A stretch of DNA of 64,000 nucleotides. It comes from a virus. Position numbers and translations under genes: made by a program. Below, piece by piece: positions 54,871 through 63,614 of the stretch (the stretch's first letter is position 1; each line of letters opens with the position of its first letter). Under the pieces are notes generated by a model. It worked only from the letters and a program-made list of their open reading frames with translations, was not told where the DNA came from and made no database searches. The stretch spans positions 6,899-70,898 of the IMG/VR virus record IMGVR_UViG_3300047509_000270, one strand, 5' to 3'.

Positions 54871-55107
54871 CTAACCTCGACCGTCGTACTTCTCCCCGGA
54901 CGAAATCACAAACCCGGACGGATCAACGTAGACCGAGCCAGCCGCAATCAACTCGCCGTTGACGGTGATGGTCCTTGGACCGCTGACATGAATTCCGTGA
55001 GCCACGAGAAAGGCGTCTATTGCCGTCGCAACCTCATCGCCTGTAAGCGTCACTTCGACTCCAGGGCCGTACTTGGTTGTCCCGCCTCCGCTTTTCACTT
55101 CAGGCAT
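54871..55107 (-). CDS. Conserved phage hypothetical protein
   Basis: YGPGV..LTGDEVA.AIDA..GPRT..YVDPSG. Confidence 0.65.
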   Translation of the reverse strand: MPEVKSGGGTTKYGPGVEVTLTGDEVATAIDAFLVAHGIHVSGPRTITVNGELIAAGSVYVDPSGFVISSGEKYDGRG

Positions 55108-55129
55108 CGTTTACCTCTTCTGTGCCAGC

Positions 55130-55567
55130 CTACGGAGCCTGCCCGTGCTCACACAGCACGGAGAAGGCTTCAACCCGATAAACCGAAGGACCGAATCCAT
55201 CGTACTCCGGACTCTTGCGGACCTTTTCGAGAGCCTCTTCTTCCGTCTCGGCCTTGACAATGATCGGCCGCCGCTCGCCGGGATAGATCCAGTAACCAGT
55301 CCTGCCAATCGGCGTCGTCATTCGCTCTTCCAGCCACTTTTCCAGAGCGACCTCTGTCGCCTTACAGAACAATGCGTCATGCTCCGCTGGAGTGACCCAA
55401 GTTAGAGGGATTGTTGCGACGACGGACCAGTAGGAGTTTTTCTTCGTTGAAAAAACGGTTGTCAGTTCATTCTTCACGGTGTACTTCTTGCTGAACTCGT
55501 AGTTCAGACCGTGACGCGCCAGCAACTCCCGAAGCATCCTCTCTAGGTCCATATCTCCTCCTGGCAC
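55130..55567 (-). CDS. Hypothetical protein
   Basis: VKAETEEEALEK. Confidence 0.55.
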   Translation of the reverse strand: MPGGDMDLERMLRELLARHGLNYEFSKKYTVKNELTTVFSTKKNSYWSVVATIPLTWVTPAEHDALFCKATEVALEKWLEERMTTPIGRTGYWIYPGERRPIIVKAETEEEALEKVRKSPEYDGFGPSVYRVEAFSVLCEHGQAP

Positions 55568-55687
55568 TCAATCTGCCTTCTGTGCTACCTTACGGCGGGA
55601 CCACCACACGTTGATTGTCAGGTTGACGAGGCTACAAAACGCAATGCCGGTTATGAATCCGAACAAGTATTCCCTCACCCAACCCCC

Positions 55688-56350
55688 CTACGCCTTAACG
55701 AACATTGGAGTGACTCCCGGGGGAACAAGCCCGCCAGGACTGAAGACAGAGCCGGTCCAAGTCCAGCCCTGCGCGACGAGCGCGTTTCGGATGTCGAGCG
55801 GCATCCCGGCCGCGCTGATCTCAGAGGCCATCGCTGCAAACGCGCCGCCGGACTTCGCGGTCGCTACGGCCTGAGCGATTCTCGGGTCACTCAGACTGAG
55901 AATTGGACCTATCGGAGTTGTTGGTACAGCAGCGGACGACCAAGGAACAGGTGCGGGAGCTGGCGCCTGGGTGGACAAGTTTACGACTTTTACGTTCGCG
56001 TACACTGCGGGCAGAGCCATCATATTTGATGCCATCGCATTCGCTGCGTAGAGGGTAGAAAAGTCCTGAGAGCCAGACTTGCCGCTACTAGGCATAGACC
56101 ATGTAACTCGGAAGTTACCACCAGTAGGGATCGCCTGTGTATACTTGTCGACCACAGTATTTGCGGCACTCGCCGCCGCCTGCGCGACAGGAATGCCAGC
56201 TTGAACCTGTTGAGCTGCGATCTGAGTAGCTTGTGAGGTTAGATGGTCTATCACGGCAGGGTGAATGTCCTGCTGCTGATCTCCTTTACTTGAAAGGAGA
56301 GCCCAGATTCCGGCAGCGATGCCGCCACCCACTACCCAAGGATTCACCAT
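55688..56350 (-). CDS. N-terminally anchored Ala-rich protein
   Basis: MVNPWVVGGGIAAGIWALL; lower GC than the flanks. Confidence 0.6.
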   Translation of the reverse strand: MVNPWVVGGGIAAGIWALLSSKGDQQQDIHPAVIDHLTSQATQIAAQQVQAGIPVAQAAASAANTVVDKYTQAIPTGGNFRVTWSMPSSGKSGSQDFSTLYAANAMASNMMALPAVYANVKVVNLSTQAPAPAPVPWSSAAVPTTPIGPILSLSDPRIAQAVATAKSGGAFAAMASEISAAGMPLDIRNALVAQGWTWTGSVFSPGGLVPPGVTPMFVKA

Positions 56351-56358
56351 GGTCTACC

Positions 56359-56880
56359 TCACTTTCCGTCCGTCAGCAGCTCAATCTTGTGAGCGTCAAA
56401 GTAACAGTTGGTTCTTCCGGGCATCTCCGGGCTTTCTTCGTCAAGCTCAACGCACACTTGAACTTGATACCCTCTAATCTTACCCGGTCCGAGTGGTGTT
56501 GTCGCAGACAGGCCGATCATGCTTTTTTCGCCTTCAATTACGGAAAGAAGGGATGCTAGATTTTTCTTGGTTGGTCCCTTAGTCAGGTACGCGCCAATGC
56601 CAGCATCCGTACGCTCTGTTTCCGCCTGGATCAGACCTGAATCTGAACCGTCATTGCAATTACTTCTAATCAGTCCCGCTATCTGACCGCGCTCCCAGCT
56701 AAAATCAAAGTCGAACGGCATCGTCTCTACGATCACGGCACACCGCTCCCGCTCCTCGATTATTGCAGCGCGAATAGCTAAGGCAATTAGCTTAATGGAC
56801 TCTCCACGCTCGCAATTGATAGGTTCCTTGGAAAGGACAGTCCATGTGCGATCAGCGCGTTCTTCTGAGGTCATTATCAT
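56359..56880 (-). CDS. Hypothetical protein
   Basis: AIIEERERCA phage-type motif. Confidence 0.55.
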   Translation of the reverse strand: MIMTSEERADRTWTVLSKEPINCERGESIKLIALAIRAAIIEERERCAVIVETMPFDFDFSWERGQIAGLIRSNCNDGSDSGLIQAETERTDAGIGAYLTKGPTKKNLASLLSVIEGEKSMIGLSATTPLGPGKIRGYQVQVCVELDEESPEMPGRTNCYFDAHKIELLTDGK

Positions 56881-56915
56881 CCTCCCAGTGGCACTCTATT
56901 CGGCTTCTATGCCAC

Positions 56916-57551
56916 CTACCAGGGTGGCGATCCGTACTTCAGATCCAGCCCGTAAAGAACGACCTTTAACTGTACCGGCCCCTTCAGATTGACCAGCGGA
57001 ATCTTCGCCTCGACACGGAAGGACTCGGTTGAGTCCAGGTGGAGAGGTTTCCCTGCTGCGCTCACGACGGACCTGAAGTAGTGCGTCCAGACGCCTTCCT
57101 GGCTGAACTTCTTCAAACACTCTCCGATCTGCTGGTTCAGTTTCTTCCACTCCGTCACTTCACCCTCGATCTTGTACCCTGCCTCGATCGCATGGGACGC
57201 GAGGCCGTCTGATACGAATAGCGTCGGAGCGAACGTGGACAACGCGCAGAGTTGCATCGTCACGTTTGACCCGAAGATCAACCGCAAGGAAAGGTTTCGG
57301 AGTACGGTCTTGAGGTCGTCTTTGTCCCACCACTCCTCGAACACTACGCCCCAGTGGATGATCTGGAACTCCCGCGGCGTTCCGAGCTGCCCACAAAGGA
57401 ACAGATTCGTGTGAAGACCTTCGGTCTTCTCGTCGCCGTTGCTGAATTTGCGGTAGTCCTGAAACAGTTGCTCTTCAACGTCGCCGCAGGAGCGGATCCT
57501 CATGGTGTCGAACACGACATCCTTCCACCACTTTCCTTCGGAAAACCTCAT
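56916..57551 (-). CDS. Diverged paralogue of the putative major capsid protein
   Basis: GQLGTPREF, LIFG and LHLDSTE match GSLGTPLSF, VIFG and LHINSTE of 22251-22889; near-identical length. Confidence 0.65.
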   Translation of the reverse strand: MRFSEGKWWKDVVFDTMRIRSCGDVEEQLFQDYRKFSNGDEKTEGLHTNLFLCGQLGTPREFQIIHWGVVFEEWWDKDDLKTVLRNLSLRLIFGSNVTMQLCALSTFAPTLFVSDGLASHAIEAGYKIEGEVTEWKKLNQQIGECLKKFSQEGVWTHYFRSVVSAAGKPLHLDSTESFRVEAKIPLVNLKGPVQLKVVLYGLDLKYGSPPW

Positions 57552-57593
57552 AGCCTTCTTCTCCCCTTGGCACTCAATAGGTCTTCTGTGCGA

Positions 57594-57944
57594 TTACGAT
57601 ATCGGCTCCAGAAGTACGATCACGCGGTACTTCCCCTTCGGGATCTTCTCGTTGCCCATTAGGCCGCGCAGCTGAGTCTCTCCGGACGCGAGTCGCATAG
57701 TTGCGTAAAGCTCACTAGGCTCCACGTACTGTTCGATCGTCCCAACCAAGACATTCGAGTACCGATCGAACACCTTATCCGGGACCTGTTTCGATAGTGT
57801 GACGAGCGCCTGAATCTCGCTCTGGCATTGCGAGACCTTGACTTTCGCCTCGTCGGACGCCTGTTGTATTGACTTCTGGGTGTACTCAAGGTCCTGGACG
57901 CCCTGCGCGATAATCGCCTCGATGCTCTTCTGAAATAAACCCAC
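57594..57944 (-). CDS. Hypothetical protein
   Basis: Coiled-coil N-terminus. Confidence 0.55.
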   Translation of the reverse strand: MGLFQKSIEAIIAQGVQDLEYTQKSIQQASDEAKVKVSQCQSEIQALVTLSKQVPDKVFDRYSNVLVGTIEQYVEPSELYATMRLASGETQLRGLMGNEKIPKGKYRVIVLLEPIS

Positions 57945-58190
57945 TTACCACCTCCAGATCGACTTCTTCCTCTTCTCGCGCCACTTCGACAGGGACTCGG
58001 TGCAGGATCCGCAGAGGTCTGTTTGCACGAACGAGACACTACCGTCTCGGACGACCGGCAGCATGACGGTCGATCCGCGGGAGATCGACAGGTCGTCCTT
58101 ATCCGGCTTCTCGAGCCGCTTCGCCTCGGCGAACTCCTTACCGCAGCGGTCGCAGTCGAACTTCATGACAGCCCCGAGCATACGCTTCAT
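57945..58190 (-). CDS. Small zinc-finger protein
   Basis: CDRCG...DLCGSC. Confidence 0.65.
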   Translation of the reverse strand: MKRMLGAVMKFDCDRCGKEFAEAKRLEKPDKDDLSISRGSTVMLPVVRDGSVSFVQTDLCGSCTESLSKWREKRKKSIWRW

Positions 58191-58534
58191 CGGCCACCTC
58201 GCTTACTCAGGCTGCGCCGAATCCGCTTCGCCTCGCGCTCCGCGGCACGGGCCGTGAACGGCGCCGTGATCTGCTTCGGATCGAGATTCTTGTCTAGGAC
58301 GATCACGGAGAAGTACCGAGGCTCCTTGAACCGGCAGTTGCCGTGTTTCTGTTCTTCGTGCGGACAGACCATCGGGACGACCACGACGGCAGCCGACTTG
58401 ATTGCGGCCTTCATGAGCGGGTCCCGGCGCTTCGTCTTCCTGAAGCAGTTCCGACAGATGGGGCCTAGCTTCTCGCTGTCGACGAGCAGGAGGCACTCGC
58501 AGGAGAAACAGTAGGACTCCGACACGGTCTTCAT
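58187..58534 (-). CDS. Cys-rich hypothetical protein
   Basis: ATGA-coupled to the recombinase; CFSC..CRNC. Confidence 0.55.
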   Translation of the reverse strand: MKTVSESYCFSCECLLLVDSEKLGPICRNCFRKTKRRDPLMKAAIKSAAVVVVPMVCPHEEQKHGNCRFKEPRYFSVIVLDKNLDPKQITAPFTARAAEREAKRIRRSLSKRGGR

Positions 58535-59322
58535 TTGCGTAGCTTCTCGAACGTGTTGGCGACCGCCGCTTCCGTCGTATGGACGTAGATCTTCGCCAGC
58601 TCGATCGAGGACCAGCGGAGCTGCGAGCGGACGTAGTTCCAGTCCGCACCGGCCTCGATCAGGCGGCTGGCGCGTGTGTGCCGGAGGATATGGATCAGGC
58701 CGAAGCGGTCCGGCTTGACCTTGTCCAAGATCCGCTCGAAGATGCTCTGGAGCGTCCGTTTCGGGATCTGGAAGAGCATGTCGTTCGGCTGGAACTTCTT
58801 CGACCAGATCCGGAGCTCCTTCGCGAGGTCGCTCTTGTTGTCCAGATCGACCGGCAGGAGCGGGTGGCCGGACTTCTTCAGGGTCGGCATCCGGATACTC
58901 GAGAAATTGCTCTCCTTCCAGTCGATGTACTGACGCCGGACCAGGAGCGCCTCGCCGCACCGGCAGCCGGTCTCCAGGATGAACCGGATCGTGATCCCGG
59001 CCGGATCCTCGAGCTTCCTGGTCGCCGCCAGGACCTTCCGGTACTCGTCGGCGCCAAGGTACTTACGGGAGTCGATCGCCGCGTTCGAAGACGAGACCGT
59101 CGAGCCCTTCGAGTACTTCGACCGGCAGCAGCCGTCGACGCAGGTAATCAGTTTGTCCCGGCGCCCGGGGATCTTGAGCGTCTTCCGCTTGCAGACGTGC
59201 GTCGGCGGCGTGCAGACCTTCGCGCGGTCTCCGAGATTGTACCTGCCAAAGAAGTCCGCTCCGCAGACGAAGCAGACCGACGGGATCCGGTAGTCGCCTT
59301 TCGGCTTGGTTTCCTTGGGCAC
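58531..59322 (-). CDS. Tyrosine recombinase (catalytic domain plus an N-terminal Cys-rich domain)
   Basis: ETGCRCGE (R), LKK (K), HILRH (HxxR), LRW, KIY (Y). Confidence 0.88.
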   Translation of the reverse strand: MPKETKPKGDYRIPSVCFVCGADFFGRYNLGDRAKVCTPPTHVCKRKTLKIPGRRDKLITCVDGCCRSKYSKGSTVSSSNAAIDSRKYLGADEYRKVLAATRKLEDPAGITIRFILETGCRCGEALLVRRQYIDWKESNFSSIRMPTLKKSGHPLLPVDLDNKSDLAKELRIWSKKFQPNDMLFQIPKRTLQSIFERILDKVKPDRFGLIHILRHTRASRLIEAGADWNYVRSQLRWSSIELAKIYVHTTEAAVANTFEKLRK

Positions 59323-59323
59323 G

Positions 59324-59875
59324 TTACCTCACTTTGTCGACTTGAATCTTACCGAGCTCCTCGATCGTCAGGAGCTGGACCTCCATCCTGCGCGCCTTCA
59401 GGAACACGCCAGGATGTCCCGGGAGTGGGTCGTCCTTGAGGGCCATGATCTCCATATCGGAGAAGATCGCCCGAAAGTGATCAGGCGTGTAGCGCCAGTG
59501 GTCCTCAGGGTAAGGATGGTACGGGAAGCCCGGCGAACGTGTCGTCAGAACCAGGAGGCCGCCGACCTTTGTCACGCCCTTCATCTGCGTGACGGCCATC
59601 CGCCAGTCCCGGACATGCTCCAGCATCTCCGTCGAGAGGACGACGTCGAACGAGCCTTCCCCGAAGACCTTGATGAGCTCGTCCGCCAGAACGATCCTGT
59701 CGACGCACGGACCAGAGTGCGAATCGACACCGGTATAGACGCTCGGCCCGAGCGGGCAGATGACGTCCCGAGCTGTTCCGTTGACGTTGTAGCTGCCGAC
59801 CTCGAGAACTCGCTTCCCGAGAATCTCGCTGCCGTTGATCTCCTGGCGGAGAAAGTCCAGAACCGACGGGTGCAT
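59324..59875 (-). CDS. Class I SAM-dependent methyltransferase
   Basis: VLEVGSYNVNG, FDVVLSTEMLEH, PYHPYPEDHWR. Confidence 0.85.
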   Translation of the reverse strand: MHPSVLDFLRQEINGSEILGKRVLEVGSYNVNGTARDVICPLGPSVYTGVDSHSGPCVDRIVLADELIKVFGEGSFDVVLSTEMLEHVRDWRMAVTQMKGVTKVGGLLVLTTRSPGFPYHPYPEDHWRYTPDHFRAIFSDMEIMALKDDPLPGHPGVFLKARRMEVQLLTIEELGKIQVDKVR

Positions 59876-59937
59876 GATCGTTCCCTCTTCTTCGACTGGG
59901 ATTATACCTTCAGAATCCGGATCTGCACACTATATTT

Positions 59938-60132
59938 CTACTGTGCAGGTGCAGGTTGATCCGTAATACGGTCGCCGATCGAATGATCCAAATTGTGACG
60001 CTGCAGGTCGCAGCAACGGTACCGGCACTCCTCGCAGTAGCCGCTATGATGATCCGTCTCCGTACTGCACTGAGCGGGCTTACCTACTTTCGAGCCTGCA
60101 GCACACTTACAACGCCTCTTTGGAATTGACAT
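59938..60132 (-). CDS. Small Cys-rich protein
   Basis: Multiple Cys/His residues. Confidence 0.4.
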   Translation of the reverse strand: MSIPKRRCKCAAGSKVGKPAQCSTETDHHSGYCEECRYRCCDLQRHNLDHSIGDRITDQPAPAQ

Positions 60133-60135
60133 TCC

Positions 60136-60783
60136 TCACCTCAATTTCATCTTCGCTTCTTCAATGATCGACCTGACAAGCTCCGGATCCGCCGTGTGCC
60201 CGAACGCCATGACCGGCGGATGCGCGGCCGGATACAAGAGCCGCGCAGGTTCGTCCCGCTGATCCCACTTCTCGACGCAGGTAACGGCGAGCTCTGACGG
60301 AACTCCGGCCATGTACGGATTTGTCAGTGGAGACCTATGGAACCGCTTCGCCGGAAACGTGTAGCTCGACCCGGCCCGAATCACGAACTCCTGTCGATCG
60401 ACCGTGAAGCGTCCAGGGATCGGCGTCGTCGGACCGTGGTAGTTCGTGTCGGCGGCGGCTCTGGCGTGCGTCAGAGCCATCATCTCGTGGTCTCCGGTCT
60501 CGCTCTCGGTCGGCACCCAGGACTCGTGGATGACCTGACCGACCAGGACGTGCGACACCATGTCGAACCGGTGGTCGTGGCAGTCGCCGCTGAGGTCCAT
60601 TCCTGGCTTCAGGAGCTTCGGTGACCAGATGTGGATCCGGATCTCCGGATTGCAGTTCTCCTTGACGTAGCCCTGCAGGACACCGATGCCGTGATGCCGG
60701 AACTCGACGCGGTCGATCACCGACGAGACCAGAGCGCGTATAGAGCTAACCGCGCTGCTTTTCCAGATCGTTGTGTGGTTCAT
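60136..60783 (-). CDS. Cupin-like protein
   Basis: RIHIW..HDHRFDM.SHVL.G...FH. Confidence 0.65.
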   Translation of the reverse strand: MNHTTIWKSSAVSSIRALVSSVIDRVEFRHHGIGVLQGYVKENCNPEIRIHIWSPKLLKPGMDLSGDCHDHRFDMVSHVLVGQVIHESWVPTESETGDHEMMALTHARAAADTNYHGPTTPIPGRFTVDRQEFVIRAGSSYTFPAKRFHRSPLTNPYMAGVPSELAVTCVEKWDQRDEPARLLYPAAHPPVMAFGHTADPELVRSIIEEAKMKLR

Positions 60784-61265
60784 AAAACCTTAGTTTGATT
60801 TTCGAGTGAGGAGAATTCTCCACGTCCCTTCAACGAGTCGTACGTCTCCCAGTCGACGAATCGAGTTCCGTCCTCCACCCAGAAGCCCCAAACACGACGC
60901 TTCGGACCGGTGAAGACGAGCGTCCAGACTGGCACCCTGGACGTCACCATGATCGAGTGTCGGCCTTCCGCGCGCTTCCAGTTCCACCAGTCGACGACGC
61001 GAGGTCCGTTGACCGTGTCCTCGATGTACCGACCCAGGAGGAGGATCGAGAAGAACGTCCACGGGTGGTCATGGAGGTCGCGATCCTTGTCCGGCCGGTA
61101 GATCCTGTGGAGCTTGATCGAGAACCATGGCGTCAGCAGAATCGTCAGGCGCTTCATGTAGATGGTATTCCCGCCGTCGGATATTGTCCGCGCCTGGAGG
61201 AACCCCCACTTCCGCTCCCGATGCGCCGTGGCTTCCGTGACCTCGTCAGAGTCCAGTGTCTCCAT
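60780..61265 (-). CDS. Cupin-like phage protein
   Basis: LHRI.RPD.DRDLHDHPW.F.S..L.G.Y.E, WTLVFTG...WGF. Confidence 0.75.
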   Translation of the reverse strand: METLDSDEVTEATAHRERKWGFLQARTISDGGNTIYMKRLTILLTPWFSIKLHRIYRPDKDRDLHDHPWTFFSILLLGRYIEDTVNGPRVVDWWNWKRAEGRHSIMVTSRVPVWTLVFTGPKRRVWGFWVEDGTRFVDWETYDSLKGRGEFSSLENQTKVL

Positions 61266-61447
61266 AGCTCTCTCCTGTAGATCCTACCTAGTGCTTTTCG
61301 TTGGTAATTAGAAGTTCCGGCCTCGACGTCGACGTCCATGTACACGTCAAACAGATGGCCGTTTCGGGCTGCTCTACGCCATCTACCGTTAGAACCAAGA
61401 AAGAATTTCCAGCGTCGCATTTCACACAAATCATGATTTCGATCTAC

Positions 61448-61645
61448 TCACTTATGATTCCAATGTGGATAGCGAGCGATCACCTTCATCGTGTCGGTAT
61501 TGATCCACGCGAGTGTGTCGGTGTCCGGATCGTAGACCAGGACCTCTCCAGGAGCCCAACCTTCCACATGAAGTCCTTCGACGCTTTCGAGCCGAGACGG
61601 GCAGCATCCGGCAAGCATCAAGATCGCGAGAAGTAGAGTTCTCAT
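61448..61645 (-). CDS. Small lipoprotein
   Basis: MRTLLLAILMLAG-C lipobox. Confidence 0.6.
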   Translation of the reverse strand: MRTLLLAILMLAGCCPSRLESVEGLHVEGWAPGEVLVYDPDTDTLAWINTDTMKVIARYPHWNHK

Positions 61646-61881
61646 GACGACTTACACCTGCACCATGCGTGTCCGTGGTATGGTCCGTCGCATCCTCCGA
61701 AAAAGTTCAGTCCGCAGACCGAACACTTTTTACACCGTGGTTTTTCTACAGAGCCAAGCGCCAGATTTCTCTTCTCCTTGAGATGTCTCTCCTTCGAGCA
61801 CAGGACAGCCCAGACGAGCACTCCGACCGCCAGACCGAGCGCCAGCGGCAGGAACGGCGACAGCTCGTTCGTCATCGGCAC
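61642..61881 (-). CDS. Small membrane protein with a Cys-rich tail
   Basis: TM helix plus CxxCxxC. Confidence 0.5.
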   Translation of the reverse strand: MPMTNELSPFLPLALGLAVGVLVWAVLCSKERHLKEKRNLALGSVEKPRCKKCSVCGLNFFGGCDGPYHGHAWCRCKSS

Positions 61882-61883
61882 GA

Positions 61884-62078
61884 CTAGTCGCCCTTACCGC
61901 CGAACAGGCCCTTGACGGCCTTGATCGCGATCCCGGCGATGTTCCCCTGGTTCTTGTCGGCACCGTGGTCGGCGGCCTTCTGGACGAGCTCCAGGAGGTC
62001 GGCTTTCAGCTTGTCCGGAGACGATCCGCCGTACTTCGTGACGAAGGCGTCGATGTGCGTGATCAGGTCTTTCAGCAT
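61884..62078 (-). CDS. Hypothetical protein
   Basis: GGAGGA RBS. Confidence 0.6.
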   Translation of the reverse strand: MLKDLITHIDAFVTKYGGSSPDKLKADLLELVQKAADHGADKNQGNIAGIAIKAVKGLFGGKGD

Positions 62079-62088
62079 GATTCCTCCG

Positions 62089-62772
62089 TTAGAGATTCTC
62101 GCGAATAAGTTTTTTCATAACCGCCGGGACCCCGGCAACCATCGTGCCAGCTTGGACGTCCTCTCGAACTACTGCGCCAGCGGCGATCGTTGCGCCGTCG
62201 CCGACCTCGACGTCAGGAAGGATGACCGCTCCAGCTCCGACAAGGACGTTTTCACCGAGTTGGACATGACTGCAGAGGACCGCCGACGGCGACAGAAAGC
62301 AGTGGTCCCAGATGACGCAGTCGTGTCCGACGCTGGCACCGCGATTGACGATGACGTGGCGGCCGATGTGCGACCAGGAGCCGAGGATCGCTCCGGCGTT
62401 GACGATCGACCAAGACCCTACTTTTGCGCCCTTCTGGAGGATCGCCTTCGCATGAACAACCGGATTCCCGAGAATGGCAAGACTCTGCTCGAGCGTCTCG
62501 AGAAGCGGATCTGCCTGCTTACGGGAGAATCCAATGACGCAGCGATTTCCGAATCTCAGTTTATCGACACCTGACCTGTAGTAGTCGAACTCTACGACCT
62601 CGACTGGATTATCTAGCCTACCGATTCTCTCTCTAAGTGTCGCCCGTCCAGGACGCTCCTCCTCCGGGACATTCAGGACGACCGTCTCTAGCCTCCCGTC
62701 GACGGACTCGATACAGTCGACGATGTCGCCGAACAGGTGCGAGTATCCGAACATGACAAACGGCTTGCTCAT
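62089..62772 (-). CDS. NeuD/PglD-like hexapeptide sugar acetyltransferase
   Basis: Hexapeptide repeats, VGHDC, VGAGAVILP, GAVV..DV, VAGVPA. Confidence 0.88.
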   Translation of the reverse strand: MSKPFVMFGYSHLFGDIVDCIESVDGRLETVVLNVPEEERPGRATLRERIGRLDNPVEVVEFDYYRSGVDKLRFGNRCVIGFSRKQADPLLETLEQSLAILGNPVVHAKAILQKGAKVGSWSIVNAGAILGSWSHIGRHVIVNRGASVGHDCVIWDHCFLSPSAVLCSHVQLGENVLVGAGAVILPDVEVGDGATIAAGAVVREDVQAGTMVAGVPAVMKKLIRENL

Positions 62773-63614
62773 CGCTGACCTCCCATGTGCATCTGCGTCC
62801 GGAACTCGTTCGGGGTCATGATCCGGCGGCCGACCAGCTTCGCGAGGTGGTGAGCTCGTTCCACCATCCGCATGTTCGTCGCCAGCGTCTGGCGCTCGCG
62901 GTCGAGATATATGGAGTCCTCGAGGCCGACCCGAATGCCGCCGCCTGAAGCAGCTGCCAGGACGTTCGCCGGGAACTGCGCGTCGCCGAGTCCGCCGAAC
63001 GACCAGAGCGTGCCGGGCGGCAGATCCCGTACGAGCAGTCCGGCATGAGCGAGATCGAGCTGCGCTCCGGCTATATTCCCGAGGAAGATGTTCGCGTAGA
63101 GCGGCGTCCTGATAACCCCCCCCCTCGCAAGAAGGTACTTCGCGTAGTTGACCATACCGAGGTCGAAGATTTCGAGCTCAGGGACAATTCCTAATGAGTC
63201 CATAAGAGAAGCGAGTGAAACGATGGAAGCAGGGTCATTGACGGACGCCTGATTCGGAAAGTTCAGAGACGAAAGCGTCAGGGATCCCATATCCGGTCTG
63301 AGGCCGCCCTCGAGCATCAACGGATCTCCACGTTTCGAGATCTCCTGAACGTTTCGTCCGGAGAGCGAGACGCAGATGACGAGCTCCGGCGCCTTCCGCC
63401 GGATCCCCTCGATGATCGAACCGTAGACGTCCTTCCGATGGGTCGGCTCGCCGTACTCGTCACGGGCGTGCAGATGGACCGACGTGATTCCGTGACTCTG
63501 GTGGCACCAGAGGACCTCCTCGACGATCTCGCCGACCGCGATCGGCACGTACGGCGTCATCGCCTTCGTCGGGACCATTCCGGTCGGCGTCAGATTCAGA
63601 ATCATCGGATTCAT
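62769..63614 (-). CDS. Beta-keto acid cleavage enzyme family (DUF849/Kce-like)
   Basis: PTG..PTK..P.VP, VHLHARD, PDMGSL, PELEIFD, IRVGLED; ATG 63614. Confidence 0.9.
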   Translation of the reverse strand: MNPMILNLTPTGMVPTKAMTPYVPIAVGEIVEEVLWCHQSHGITSVHLHARDEYGEPTHRKDVYGSIIEGIRRKAPELVICVSLSGRNVQEISKRGDPLMLEGGLRPDMGSLTLSSLNFPNQASVNDPASIVSLASLMDSLGIVPELEIFDLGMVNYAKYLLARGGVIRTPLYANIFLGNIAGAQLDLAHAGLLVRDLPPGTLWSFGGLGDAQFPANVLAAASGGGIRVGLEDSIYLDRERQTLATNMRMVERAHHLAKLVGRRIMTPNEFRTQMHMGGQR

